A stretch of DNA of 64,000 bases. Source: Octopus sinensis (taxonomy: Eukaryota). The DNA lies in the NCBI RefSeq assembly GCF_006345805.1, contig NC_042997.1:150164001-150228000 (forward strand), in the 5' to 3' direction. Shown one piece after another: positions 24,665 to 39,632 of this stretch. The notes below the pieces were generated by a model. The model searched no databases, had not been told where the DNA came from, and saw nothing but the letters and a program-made list of their open reading frames with translations. The translations under genes were made by a program, and so were the position numbers. Each line of letters begins with the position of its first letter. Within the stretch, counting starts at the first letter, position 1.

Positions 24665-25703
24665 AACAATATTGTTATTGTTATTGTTGTTTTTTTATTA
24701 ACTACCAAGTACTAAGAGGACATGTGGATAATACAACGGGAGATTACGAGATACATTAATATACACGCATGCACATAGACACATAAACTTAAATACGCAC
24801 ACACACATACACATACACACATATATAAACACATATACATATATTCACAAAAAATACATAAGTAAAAGCGATTCAGGTTGAAAAACAATAGAAATAGGTT
24901 TTTATTACAGAAATTGCATTACAAATAGTTTCACGATCGCGTACATAGAAACGTGCAAATAGTGTAAGAAAAAAAAGCAAAGAATTCGAATAACAAATAA
25001 TTCCACAACTGGAGAAGCCCGAGAAATGCTCGTGGAACCCCAACGAAATAGCGTCCACTCTGATAAGCAGGGTTAATGCTATCTCCCTATTATAGTTTCG
25101 TAGTCTACAAGCATAAGCTCAGAGTGAGCTCGCTCACTTAGACCGCCCTTGCCCCTCTCATTCACCTTTCAACACATTTGCAGGGAAGCAACACACTCGC
25201 TTCCACCCAGACTTTCCTTTTTCAAGGATGTTAGGTCATGAATTTTGTCTAGTATCTCAAGTTACACAAGAATCACAGCCAGAATCTTTCGGAATCATTT
25301 TTTTTATTTTTCACAGCTTCCGAGGGTCAATAAAAGCAAAAAATGGAAAACGCATTTCGTTAAAAACAAGAAATCTAACAATCTCCGGTAAATGGTTTTT
25401 AAGTGAAAACTTTCAGTTTACTGTTACAGTTTTGTACGCACAGGGATTAAGATTACGGCCAGAGGGTTTAAGCAGGTTTCATCTTGGCCGAGAGGTGCAC
25501 GGTCTGATTTATGCACAAAGCTGTTTTTCCTTCTGTTCGATCAAGCAAGTTTTGCGATACATTGAGCATAACTTTTCCGGTTTTTTTTTTACAGGATTTT
25601 ATGTTACTAGTAACAGTCACAAGCGACTTGCTATAGATACACATATATGCATACATATGACTATATAGAATAAACACACGTTTATATATATATATATTCG
25701 TCT

Positions 25704-25774
<71 letters not shown>

Positions 25775-26649
25775 CCACACACGCTGATGTATGTATATTT
25801 AGCTATGTATTTCATTTAATAAGTGTCCAGAAAACAATGAAGTTTATAAACAAATGATTGTATTCAGCAGGGAGCGATAAAATACTAACAGCCTAACCGA
25901 ATCACATTAGATAATTCGATAGAATGTACAATTCAATTGCCAAAATTGAATGAAAGTTACCGAAATGATAGTAAATTCAAAATCATTAATGGTTGCAGAT
26001 TTGAATGTAGTTTAGAATCTTCTTTCAAATCTGAAAATAAATAAATAAATTTGTTTTAAGAGATAAGAGTGTATGTAAAGTTTTATAGCATCAAGCGATG
26101 AAGGTACTGTTTTGAAATTGTTCCGATAAAACACGTATATTATGAGTTATATTTGTGTTAGATTAGCGATAGCATGTATAGAAAAATTATGATTAACTTC
26201 TCTATATGTGTGTGTGTCATAACTGGTTATGAAGTGAGACAAGACAACCCTTGAAGCACCACGCAAGTTTGAGGAAGCATGCCTTCGATCGAGGTATATT
26301 TAATATAGATATGCAATGATATTAAGATACAGAACAATATCATTCCTTGTAGAAGTGCCGAGCTGCAACAATGCTATTAGTATAACTTTCAATTCTTCAA
26401 ACCCAATCCCTAGTGGCTCTAACTTCAAAACTGTATTCGTTCGCGCGCATGCACACATAGGCATACACGTGCATGTAACTATATACACGCATATATGATA
26501 TTCTACACACGTGTATATATGCTTGTATGTATACGTGGTTTGTATATGCACATGAGTAAGCACATATATACACAAACACACATACACACATTTGAAGAAG
26601 TGCCAATGAAAACGACATTAATACTTCGGTTTCTTTCAATGCTAGGAAA

Positions 26650-26860
26650 CCCTTATTTTGTTAGAGAGGTCGATGAATTTGCATAATCTGCAGACCATCT
26701 GTCTCTATTGTCAAGTTAAATCTCGTGGAAGTTCACTTTACATTTTAAATATCCAAGTCAGTTCAAATTACTACCATTCACGTACTGGGGTGAATCCAGT
26801 TGATAAATTTTCTGCCACAAAATATTTAGCTTGTTGCAATGCAAGAAATCATAATTATTG
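26650..26860 (+). mobile_element. Highly degenerate SINE family A
   Basis: 'aagttaaatctcgtggaagttcactttacatttt...taccattcacgtactggggtgaat'. Similar relics near 29750-29900 and 33480-33760. Confidence 0.5.
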
Positions 26861-27062
26861 TGTGGTTTAGCCCCAGGTCAGCTCTTATGAATATTACATC
26901 CGATCAAAGACAATTCAGCCGTTACCATGCCGTCTTTTAAATTGATTGTGGCTTTATGTTATTTAATAAGACTTTTTTTCCTTTAGATAGAAGGTATTGA
27001 TTTGATGAAGATTTAGTTGTTTTTTCTAGCAAGATGAGTGGCCACATAAAGGCTCTTCTTGG
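26860..27062 (+). mobile_element. Old dispersed repeat, family C (representative copy)
   Basis: Pattern 'gtttagccccaggtcagc...gatcaaaga..ttcagccgttaccat' ... 'gatttagttgttttttctagcaag'. Partial copies near 27567, 28530-28680, 28800, 29010, 36820-36980 and 47510-47610; minus-strand copies near 9130, 48530-48880 and 58340-58510. Confidence 0.55.
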
Positions 27063-30000
27063 CACGTTGTTATAATTATAATTATTCAAATCCATATGCG
27101 TCTTGGAAAATTTCAATTTCGATTATTATTCATTGTTTTTTTTTTTAATTTCTTATTCATTTTGTTTTCTATTTCTTTGTCATTTAATTTAACTCAAAAC
27201 TAAAAGTGAAAACCTAAGGTAAAAATAAAGTAATTTAATTGCAATTTTTAAAGGAAAGAAAATTGAAAGAAAATTTAATTTTACTTTCAAACGAAATTCA
27301 ATTTTAATTAAATTTTTCCTTGAACGTTGAACATTGCAATTCTTCCTCATTACATGTGTAAATAAAGTAATTAGTTTTTGTACTAATAAACTAATGTGTT
27401 GCTATACTAGGCATAAGTTAGGCGAGAATAAGATTCTCCTTGGCTTGAGATAGTGTGTCTGTTATGCTGGGCAACTGTTAAGTCGTGAGAAGTAGTGAAA
27501 TCTGCAAATATTTTGAAATTGCATAATGTTGAACGTGATAGTTTATTGTTTTATGTAGCAAGATATTGTTGTTTAGCTCTAAGCTCATCCTGATTAGGAA
27601 GACATACGACAAAAATCGTGCAACCGTTAGCATTTTTCCCCCTTTTAGTCTTAATTTTTAAGACAGTGTGTTTTAATTTTGGAAGAATATTAGGAATTTA
27701 TTGACAGAAAAATTGACAAATTAATGCACTAAACCAAACTGTAATTCGGTGGATCAATGTAAAAGAACTGGGTAAATAAAATATTAAAATAATTTTAGGC
27801 ATATCGTAAGGGCAGAGAGTCGATAAGAAAATATTGACCACATGGAAAGATCACAGGAAAATACTAATGGGTTGATCTTGAGAAATAGATTGAAAGCATA
27901 ACGAAGATAACACATTTGGACATGCAGTAGTCTGTAAGAGCAAGAAGAGATAGAAATGATAGGAGAAAGTTGTTAGGCAAACTACCAATATTCAAAAAGT
28001 ATGCAGTTAACGAGAGCACAATTTAGGGAAATTTGGCTGCTTTTTATAGCAGTTCAGGTGACTAGGTAAAGTTTACCTCGTTTATAGTGGAAAGTCTTCT
28101 ACTGTGGTGAATGACAAGCCGGATGCATATATGGTAATCTAGTTGGGAATTTTAAATAATCAGTTTACTTGTGCTGTAAGGAGATGTTTTGGGACATGAT
28201 GTTGAACACTGAGTTTTGGCTTACAGTGTACTTACAGTAAGTGCACTAAGCAGTTGTGAATTGCTATGAAGTATTTACTCCAGGTCAGTACTGGGTCAAG
28301 CAGATATGCGATCAAACATGTTCTTAGCTTGGTTTTATTCATCTTCATTTGTATATTCAAATTATTGTTTTCTGAAAAGACCTTTTCCAAGACGCATTGT
28401 GTGTTTTGAGGCTGATTTATATAAAAGACAACTCTCATAGGTTAAACGACAGTGTAGACACCCTCACTTGAGATCGTAGTGACTTTTGTTTGCTGTTTTT
28501 GCTTAGCCCTTTTTAAATCTGTTCCCGAATATCTAAGATAAACAATTCCAGTCGTAACTATCCATCCCGTCTTTATCCGTGCTGAATCATTTGCTCTTGA
28601 TGCTTTGACAAATGTCAAAACCGAGTGAGATGACCTATGGTCATAGATATTCCGGCATTTATTTTCCAGGCATTTCTGAAGCATAGTCTATGCCCGACTA
28701 CATAACCCGAGGGAAATATACCTTCCTTTATTAAAAGACAGTAAGACATTTTATATATCAAGAATAATCTGTCTAATATATCCTATATTTTAAAGGTTAG
28801 GTTGTGATTTGAGAAAAAAATATTTGCTAATATTTCCAACAGGCTGAGTGGTCACATACAGGCAAACGACTTGTTATGAATACACGAATTATCTGCCGGA
28901 ATCTGTCCTGCCTTTGGATGGTGCACGTGAAGCAAAGCAGTTTTCGATGACACTGATCAGTTGCAATAGAATTTGCTAAATATCAACATTAAATGTTATA
29001 TCAGGGTTCACGAAGACAATTTTGCTGTTTAAGCAAAGGTCATCTCTAATAAATGAGACTTATGCTCAAGAGATATCTTTCCGTGAGCAACCCATTTTTT
29101 TTTACATAATCCAAACTGTGCATTCTTGTATCTTCAGCGAAATATGGTTGTTAGTTATTAAGTCAAGGTTAAACACTCGCGTAATATATGACGTTTAAAA
29201 GAATGTATGCTTATGTACAAAATAAACTTGTGGTTTTTAGAGGTATGTTACATTCCTGTAATATATGTGAGACGGGGTTTTGTATCGTTAATGAAATAGT
29301 GCTTGTGTATGCATTAAAAGCGCGTGTTCGTCTAAAGATGAACACGTGCATGCCAGACTAATTGTGTGTCTTTTGAAGGGAGTAAATTTTAATCAATAGT
29401 TCACTGTGAGTAGTAGCAGTCTCATCAAATGATCTAGTTTTGTTTCTTTATCAAAATTTATTTTTTCCTCATTTCTTCTTTCCTTACCTCTTCTTTCTGT
29501 CTAACATTTAAACTCCTTCACTCCCGCGCTTTCCTCCCCTTTTCAACAATCTATTTGTTTTTCTCTGTATTTGTATCTCGGTGTCGCTATCTCTGTCTCT
29601 CTCTCTGTCTCTCTCTGTCTCTCTCTCTTTCTCACTCTGATTGTCTGTTTTATCTTTCCCACTCTGTATTCTTCACTCAATTGCTGATTCTCTCGCTCTT
29701 GATCAACATTAATTTTATTTATTAAATCATGAGAGATGCAAGTGAACGGTCAAGCCTTTGTGAAGTGGGAAAATGCATTTCGGCAATTTTCTGATTTCAA
29801 ATCCACCAGAGGCCAGCTTTGATTATCGTAATTCAAAGGCTGTTAAAATAAAATACCAGTGAAATATTGGTGTCATGTTAATCAACTGTTTCCTCCTCAA
29901 TTATGTTTTCACATAATTATATTTATCAATCAGAGTTTGCAGGATATTTTCACTGCTAGATGTAGGTGAGAGTGATATGGTCGTGGTTCACTTGAAATCT

Positions 30001-32888
30001 CTGGAGGTTGATAATATAAAAAGCGAATGAATTGCAAGTCATTACGAAGAAGTGGAAAAAAGTTATGGCTTAGAAGGGAAAAGTTAGGGTTTAGGACGGA
30101 AAAGTTTCTTGGGATGGGAAAGATATAGAAAGGACCCGAAGACATGGGTGGATGAGGCTGGGCGCTTGCTCGATCAAAGACATAGATATCCTTAAAAACC
30201 AGGTCTTTAGGTCATGGTTGTAACGTAGAAATAGTTATTGCTACTTAAGTTTTATATTTTTGAGTGAGTATTTTATCTTTTAATCAAAAGGGTTAGTAGT
30301 GTTAATGACAATTCAGAGAGTTACGAGAAAGTAGCTTCAAGAAAAAAGGAATCGTAAAGCCAGAGTTAGTGTTATGCGAGCATTGAGGATGTGTTATGAT
30401 GAAATCAAGTATACTCGAGTTGTAACATAGTCGGAAATGATTCTGTTGACGACTGACTTCTGAGTTGCTGAGTAAGTATTTTAGTGGACGTTATGTCAAT
30501 ATTGAACGAGTATTAGGAAGAAAAACACGTGTATGAGTTGGGACTGTATTACTGATTAAATATTTGCATACACGATTGGATTTTATACTGTTAAATCCAG
30601 TTTATAAGCAAGTATTGGTCATTATGGTTTGCTTAGGTCAGCGAATTATTGTCTTGTGAACAAGACTTTGTATAGATGAGAATTAACATTTCTGTTCATG
30701 TCTAAGTCGTACTGGTGAATGAGTCTTCCTGTTTGTTAGGGAAACTTGCGTCAGTAAATCTACGTGTTGTTGAATATATCCGAGAATTCTTGTAAAGACT
30801 TACCCTATGTCGATATAGTTTCCTTTAACAGTTTATATACGACACCACAAAATGATAAACTGTGTATATCTATATATTTCAATGTTCGTCTCTCACTGTG
30901 CTAGATTCGTTTAGCTTTTCTGCTCTAATATTGTTTCCATTTATATTTCTTTCTCGATCTGCTAATGGATTTTCGATATCTGCTTTCATGGGTGCTCTTA
31001 TATTCCCCACATGGCGAAGTGTACTGCTGGTGTACAAACAAAAACTGAAAAACAGTTGCACATGCACACTTTTATGTATATTCATTCACACAGTCACACG
31101 AACACACACTATTTGCATAAATAATCGCATGTAAATAGTGACATACTTAGCCTTGCAATCACGCTGAAGTATACATTTTTGATTGAATATATCTATTTAT
31201 GCGTTTTCGTATGAATGTATGTGTACACACAGTTTACATATGTGCGTATATATATATCAATAGCTAAAACATCGTTTTGCTATATGTGTGTGTGTGTGTG
31301 TGTGTCTTATGCTGCCAGTTTTTTTTATGCATTCTATATAGCAACTGTTATATATTCCAATATCTGACATATATCGTGTCTGTATTTACATATGTTTGTG
31401 ATACACATCTATTTTACGTTTTGTGTTTATCGTGTCAGTGATGCTTCGTTTACTGTGTGGCTTTTAATTCTCTTAGCTTCTGCTATGTTGCAGAAAGCCG
31501 GGTCACTTAATATAAAAATAATTTAACGTATATGGATGGAGAAACACGAGGACTAACAGTTTTGGAAAAAATCATAATTTCAAAGACGGTTTCACGACTT
31601 TCCAGAGCATACGAACATTGCTTACTTTACAAAATTTTTGTTTAGAACTTCTTTTACATTGAGGCAGGCTATGAGTAGTAGATTCCTTGCATGCAATCTG
31701 TTTATTTATTTACCTGTTTATTTATTTGTTATTTAATATCCATATAACTTTCTGAAAGAAACATAATATCCTAGACCCCGCAAGGAAAGCTATCTAAATT
31801 CATTTTTGTTTGTTACATAATTTGGACATCCTAGCTTCATAGCTTTAGTACGTTCTGTGATACGAGAAGCGAACTCAGGAGAAGTAATAAATCCAACAAA
31901 TAAATGATATAATAACGGTGGCATCTGTGTTTTTTATGGTGGATATGTCTGATGATAGGAATGACGTTAACATAACACAAGTGTGTTCAGTTAATCTCCA
32001 TAGGATATACACGACATCCTTAGAAATATTGACATGCAACAGAATATCATATATTATCATTTTATATATTTTATTATATTATATTGCAATTGTATGGTAT
32101 TGTATTGTAGTATATGTTCGGATTTCAATGTAACAACATCGCGCCCCATTTTTTTTCTTCATTTTAGTATAATAGGTGTTGAAAAGTAACATTGTCTAAA
32201 GTGTATTCGAAGTAAATAAATAAGTAGCAAATAATATAATTTAGAAATATAATATATAAAAAAATAAATTGCTATAAAATGAAATCACAACGTCAATGGA
32301 AATTTAAAGCTTGAAAGTAAAAAAAAAAAATGGAAAAAATATGACTATATAAATAATTGTGAATACGGGAGAGTGAGTAAATAAATAAATAAATAAAAAA
32401 AATGAAATGAAATAAACTAACTCAAATAATGCTTCGCTTTCTCCTCTGTCCTCGTTAAGCAAACATGGCATTTTTTTATATTTTTAATTTCTTATTTTAG
32501 TTTTTTTCTCTTTTTTTTTAGAAACTGTGATATTCTGTTGGCATAAGGAAGTCACTTCTGATCAATAATGTTTTATTCTAGTATGGTTTACTGTTGGCTG
32601 CAGACATATTCCCAACTCATTGGGTAAACACAGATGTATCAATAGCGAGGGAAAATATTAATGGTTCACAATCATCATCATCATCATCATCACGGTGACA
32701 ACACCGACAGCGACGATCAAAACGATGTGGATGATGATGATGACAACGTTAATGTTGATGATTGTGATGATAATAGTAATTATGATGATAACGGTGATGA
32801 TAAATAATGATAATAAGTAATAAAACCCAGAAGTAACAATCAGACTCTAAAGTAATAATGATAAAGTTGATGATGATAATAACAACAA

Positions 32889-32939
<51 letters not shown>

Positions 32940-35900
32940 TTAATAATAATAATGATGATGATGATAAGTAATGAGAATGGTGTTGATACTGATGACGATT
33001 ATGATAATGAAAATATGAAATGTGGGAAGAAAAATAAATGAAAACCAATCACTAGTTTTATATTACTGTTGTTGAAATATCTTCCCTACCGAGAGAAGCC
33101 TACGCACGTATGAGCAAACATACATACAGCCCAACACATACACGCTCACACATAGATAGATACTATTAGCACCACCAACACGAACACCAACATTTATAGT
33201 AGCAGAAACGAGAAAGAAACAATCGAACACCATTATTAGATAGATATTGGGTGCTGAGGAATATAGAAGCCATTAAACTATATTTCCTAACTTTCGTTCA
33301 TCATCGAACTTCTAATGGAGATCGATGGAGATTGGGTTTTCGTTTATTTGTTTGTTTTGTTAATATTATTTTATTTGGAGTGTCTCTTTATGTTCTGATC
33401 TTTAATGCCATCGAAACTAACACGTTTTTCACCCTTCAAAGTGTTGATAAAACTATGTACTACTCAAATAATGAGTAAATTCTGAGATCCAATCCCACCA
33501 AGGTCACCTTTGATTTTTATCCTTCCAAGCTGACAAAAAAAAGTGAGAAAGAAAGTGAAAAAAAATACTTAACTAATAACGTCAAATTTATCGACCGAAA
33601 TGACAAAATCGTTAGCGCTGCAGATAAATTGCCTTGCGGTATTTGTTGTGCCTCTGAAGAAACTTTTCATCTCATGTCCCTCTTAGGTCAGGTTTGCCTT
33701 TCATCTACTCGGTTATCGATTAACAAAACACAGTTCAGTACTAGGTTTCATTCTTACTACTCTCCCTCTTTTTCCCTTTCTCCCGCTTTCTCTCTTTCCC
33801 TTCCTCCCCCTCTTTCTCTATGTGTATGTGTGTGTACCCGCACGCTCTGAAACGCATACAGTTAATATACATTTATAGAAGAAATTGGTTGTGGGAAAAT
33901 CTGGAGCGATATGGTTTCTTGATGTTCCGAATATTGTCCAAGACACAACGTATGTCACGACAATGCTTCTGTACTCTTGTAACTGTCTTTTGCACAATGT
34001 TCGTGCATTCCATATTAGACAAATCTTTTGAGTCGGCACAAGTGTACGGTAGAAAAACATTTGCTGAATGTGCCGCACATGTGTGATAGAACCTAGATCC
34101 ACGTTAGTGTGACGCGAACTTTTAAAGCATGTCTTCGTTCATTACTCCATCCACACAGTAAAATACACAACATTCTTGCTACTCTTCTCTCTGCTATGGC
34201 ATCATACTGACATTAGCGGAAAAAGCACTAAAACTGAAAATAAATGTAATAGTAGAAAACAGGAAAAACGTAACAAATATGAGAAACATGATTTCTCAAG
34301 TAATTGTTTATACTTGCGACCTCGTATCAACAAATGGACGGTCGTGTCCTACCATCGTATGTGACACATTCATCAATCTGATTTATGACACACTTTTGAC
34401 TGTGATCTCTCCCCCTCTTTTCCCTCTCTTTACATACGTACGCATTTGCGTACATACACACACATCTACCAATCTTACTATATCTGTTTCATATATGACC
34501 TTTTGTCAACACAGACGTCCAATACCCGCTTTTATTTAGCTTCAAGCAAATCTTCCATCACCCTACTTTTATATATTTCACCAAGGAACGCAGTGTTCTG
34601 ACATTTTACTATTTATTCACTTTCTATCTCTATGATGTAGTTGCTGTTGCCGTTGTTGTTGCAACTTTTTCCTGATTTAAAATGTTAATGAGTTTCATCC
34701 TATTTGTGTTTGCGGTGATGCGAGTGCATCAATATTATCAGAATTACTGACGTTGATAATGCTTTATTCGAATCGACTCCAGAATAACAGTTCTATGATA
34801 AATTCAAAAACAATCCAGTTATGACCATCCCATATTTCATTGATAGTGTATTTCGACTTCATTCAATATTTCCTTGTTTAACTTGGAAGTTAGTAGGATT
34901 GTCGGAAGATGTGATTTATTATTCGCACTAGCTATGCATTGACGGTCCCTCATTACGTCGTAGTGAAAATATTAAATCATCACAAATGACTCTTAAAAGC
35001 CTAGCAGAATAAAGGCCACGACTTCACGTTGGTTTCACAGCAAAGATATTAGTTTCATGCTACTGTTAAAAAATATATCAGTTAAGATCTCAATGAGCAG
35101 CAGAAAGGACTGCTGTGTTTATTCTGAGAAGAAGCAGATCAAGATTAATGTTTAAGAAACGTTATCGTATTTCCTCTTAAATAATTTTTTCGATGATTCA
35201 TCACCAACACGTAGAAAAAAGTTGGCGTAAGGGTAAGTGGAGTATTTTGCTTTTGTGAACATTTGTATTTTTTCATTTGCGAGTTATTATAAAAGAGCTG
35301 TTGATGAATGAGTTGTAGTCATACAAGATGTTCGAAATTATAAAAAAATAATTAGTCTTTTTCCGTGATGTGTTGCTGAAAAAGAACATTAAATTGAACC
35401 GCTGCGATAACGAATATAAAAGCTGAAATAAATAAAAACAAAAATTGGCAACGATATTCTCGTGATATCTTAATATTTGCTTTAGTATCTATTGCAGTGG
35501 TTATGTCATGAGGCATATAGCTGATCGAACTATCAATTTCTTATCAAATCTGTAATTTTATGCTTCTTTTGAAATATTGAATGATTTCTCAAAATAGAAA
35601 GCAACGTTTTATTCGATTGAATTGACACCAGAATCTGACATGCATACACGCATTTTATTGACAATTGGGGGCGAGGATGAAAGATAGCTCGTGATCATAG
35701 TGGCATTCTAGCTCAAAATATAAGAAATCAAAACTAAATCTGGCATGATATATCTAAAGCTCATCCGTTTTTGTGCTTTCCATCGCAACATTTGATGGCA
35801 TAACTACTCATGGGATAGATTATAAGTGGTCCTATTCAATGCTTTGGAGTTAAAATGTTCAAGAAGACAATAAAACAAATTATACTCTTATTTCGATTAA

Positions 35901-37432
35901 ATACGCTTGAAAAATATTACCTTCATTCAGTTGTAGTAATATAGCGTGTCGGTGAAAGACATAAACGGCCGTATCTTTTCCTTTCCATCACTTGGTGTTC
36001 AACAAAATAACAGTTTGTTCGAGTTTTCCATTGCTCCACTGTCCATCAAAACAACGAGAATAATACAAGATGGAATGAATGGAAACTTTTCACTTATCAA
36101 GAGCGGAATGCAAAAAGAAAAAAAAAGGACTCCTTCTATCTGTAGAGGTATTCAGGAATACAGGAATGTATTCCAATGCATAGTGTTGTTACTGATCTCG
36201 AAAGTATTGAAATAAAGCTCACTACATGGGAAATTGAAAGACAGAAGAAAAAGATGCAATTGTTAAGCATTTTCCACGGTGCTCTATAGTTTATAAATCA
36301 CTCTTGTTTCTTGATTTTTATAGGAAAAAATAAGGATGTGAAGTTACTCCACAGAACAATTAGATAATATAGTTACTCCTTCTGAAACATTGGTCTGTAA
36401 TCCTGACAAATGTTTAGGGATATCTTCGTGACATAGGCATTTTAAAATCCGGGTGGAGCCCATCTCCCTCTCCGAGTGTGAACACAGTTGATTTTTTTTT
36501 CTGGAAAAAGAGATAAAAATAATTGATCAATGTGCTTGGATGGTACTTTATTTATCGGCTCTAACCTGAGAAAATGAAATGCAAAGCTGACGTTGGTGAG
36601 ATTGGACTCAGAACGCGGAAAGTTGTTACGAATAACAAAAGACATCCATAGACCTGTGGAGAAAAGGCCCTGCTCTATTTAGCTGCGTTGCTTCACTTTC
36701 AGATTTTAAGAAACACTAACATATATTTACCATGAATGAATTCACCGAAACCATGTCTCTGTATTTTCTTGTGATTATGTTAAAAATCCTTATATATTGC
36801 AATTTAATGCTTGATTAGCGCTAACTATTGAGAACTATAATCAAAAGCGTTCCATCCACGACCATTCCACTTTGTTTTGTGTTCATGCTTACCTTATTCA
36901 AATTTTTCTCCTTTTTAAAACGGTAGAATATTATTTGAGGAGGACTTGGTTCCAGTATTTAGCTAGCGCTTAGACGCTCCCTTGGCTCTAATACATTTAT
37001 ATTACGATTTCATCAGTAGTAGTAGTAGTAGTAGTAGGAGGAGGAGCATTTCATTTCTGGTTAAATATATTTCAAGAGAACCGTGCAATTTATTACAGTT
37101 AAAAGCCCAAATAAGTGTTTATCATAAGATTAGCGCTACTTCTCTCTTCTCACTGATTGACACTTTCAACTAATGGAATTCCTAAAGTGATGCAGCACAA
37201 GCAAAGGAGGAGAGAACGACTGATGAATGCAACATTCCACCGAGATAAATGTTGGGGAACTGCCTATGACAATTCTTGTTTAGTCAAAAAAAAAAAAAAA
37301 AAAAGAAAAAAGAAAAAAGGAGGAGTGGAGATAGAGACAGAGAAAAAGAAAAATCTTACGTCACAAATGATTCAGATAATTAATGGTTGGTGCCTCTGCT
37401 TAGAAATCATTATCATTTGATGTTAGAAATCG

Positions 37433-37480
<48 letters not shown>

Positions 37481-37536
37481 TATTATTATTATTGTTAGTA
37501 TTATTATTGTTATTATTATCATCATCATCATCATCA

Positions 37537-37583
<47 letters not shown>

Positions 37584-39388
37584 TAGTAAAAGCAAATTGA
37601 CGTTCTGTCTTTGTCGCTGTAGCAGCAGTCCGTTTTGGTTCCCTGTTTGTTCGAGTCAAGAATGATGCACGTCGGTACATCCTTGCCTGATAATTTGAAA
37701 TATTCGCTCGTTGAAGTCATTGTGATTAATTGACATCATTCCAGCTCTTGCTGCAAATAAATGGCTGTCTGAAGTGAAATGACGACTGCTCACTTGCATT
37801 GGCTTTCGTTTTGTTATTGCTATTGATGGAAACATTAAGATTACTCATATTGTATGAATCTGAACCTCCTGCGGAGGTGGAGATGGCCAAGTGGGTGGCG
37901 TGTGTTATATTGTGCAGTCAACACAATGCAACACGAAGTGGACCATTTTAATGTTTCCTTTCATTGATATTACTCTGTTAGAGTTTTCTTTGTCTAAAAC
38001 TGCAAGCTAGCAGAAAGTATAAAGAAGGGATGCTAAATAGCTTACATTAAAGTATATTTCATTTCCAGCAACACAGAACATGAAGTAAAGAGCACAGCCA
38101 AGCTTTCACGCTATGTAGATTCAATTGCAGGCAAAGGATGGAGGCCATTATGTTCGACGAAAGCAAGGGCTAGGAATGAGCAGAATTGGTAGATTGATAT
38201 ACGAAATGCTCTGTACATTTGGTGTCGTCCTTTACGTATTTTGTTTTAATTTTGCCGAGATTAAGTTTTCATCATTCTCTGCTCGATATAATTCAGCATA
38301 TTTTCACTTAGAAAAATAGGAATGTGGATTTCTGAGATTGTAGTACATACATTTGATGAATAGCATTGCTAACAGAACTATAAATTTTACCTCATGCACG
38401 CATTTCCATCCTCAGTATATTGTCTGAGCAAAATAATTATTCAAGTGGTAACGCTCAACCTGCTAAAAATAGAAACCAAATGTCCTTCGAATCACCTACA
38501 TGTTATATATAATAGCTCTCACAATGCATCTAAGTTCTACATAACAATCAACATAAAACGAAAGGTACATTCAATTGAGCAATGTTAATTACACACTGAA
38601 AATAAACACAGATTTCGGATAGACCTCATTTAATGAAAAGCGTGCATGATCAGCGGTGGTATTGAACTACCTTTCATTATGATCAGCACCTACAACAATG
38701 TCCCAGCTGCTCTCGTTATTCATCATACAATGAATAAATAAAATCTTTTCAAAATCTCTCGAAAATTTCTGCTAATACCGATAATATTAAGAACAATTAA
38801 CATAGAGCGGCTAATTCTTAATAAATCATTACAAATCCTCAATCCTTAAGCAAATTCTGATTAATAAAACATAAAACGCATTTTTATCAAGTTCGATCAG
38901 TTAACTGACATCAAATTGCATTTCCACATTCATTACAGTATCATTTTCAGACTTTCATTTTTCAATGATGTGAAATATTGCTTTGGGGAGATGAAAACTT
39001 AACCCTTTATAATTAGTTTCCGAAAATGTTTTAGTTTCCTAGGGTATATTTCAAAGGGTGTACTACTGTAAAGATGTGCCTATATGAAAGAATGAATGTT
39101 GTCTATTTGCGTATTATTTAATTCTATATACGGCAGTGAGTTATTCTATACATGTACGCATTTATGAACATCTCCTTTCCAAAGTCTCCTTCACCCTTAT
39201 TGCTGAATAAATCACCATATATATCGCGCTAAATATGCAATTATTCTTCTCCCTTCACCTGTCAACTTACAAACGTATAAACTTCTATAGACCCCATCCA
39301 ACTATAGTGTTTATCCAAAACCTTGATGAAACGAAAGTACATCGAACTCAATTACATAAGTATATATATATATTCAATATATATATAT

Positions 39389-39583
39389 GATTCAATATGT
39401 GACCCCATGTGTATCGTTGGCGATTGTTTTCCCTCCCTCTTCCCTTCCTTGGATCTTTCCTTTTTCTATGTTTCTGGCGAAGAGCTCCGCTCGAAAAGTT
39501 AAATTCCTGAACGTCCAATAACACTATACTTGTTCCACGTCCTCGCGTTGTTGTGTTTTCTCTTTGTGTTTTCACGTTTGGAT

Positions 39584-39587
<4 letters not shown>
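39389..39587 (+). mobile_element. Short non-coding element within (TA)n carrying a degenerate minimal hammerhead
   Basis: gttt CTGGCGA a GAGC tcc GCTC GAAA agtt aaa at 39470-39503. Confidence 0.65.

Positions 39588-39632
<45 letters not shown>

Noticed and set aside
29930-30145. Possible CR1/L2 3'-end relic on the minus strand (also 11250-11380)
   Set aside because: Only a faint resemblance to a LINE ORF2 C-terminus; cannot be supported without an alignment.
30219-30849. Possible solo LTR (TG...CA)
   Set aside because: No target-site duplication and no second copy in the window.
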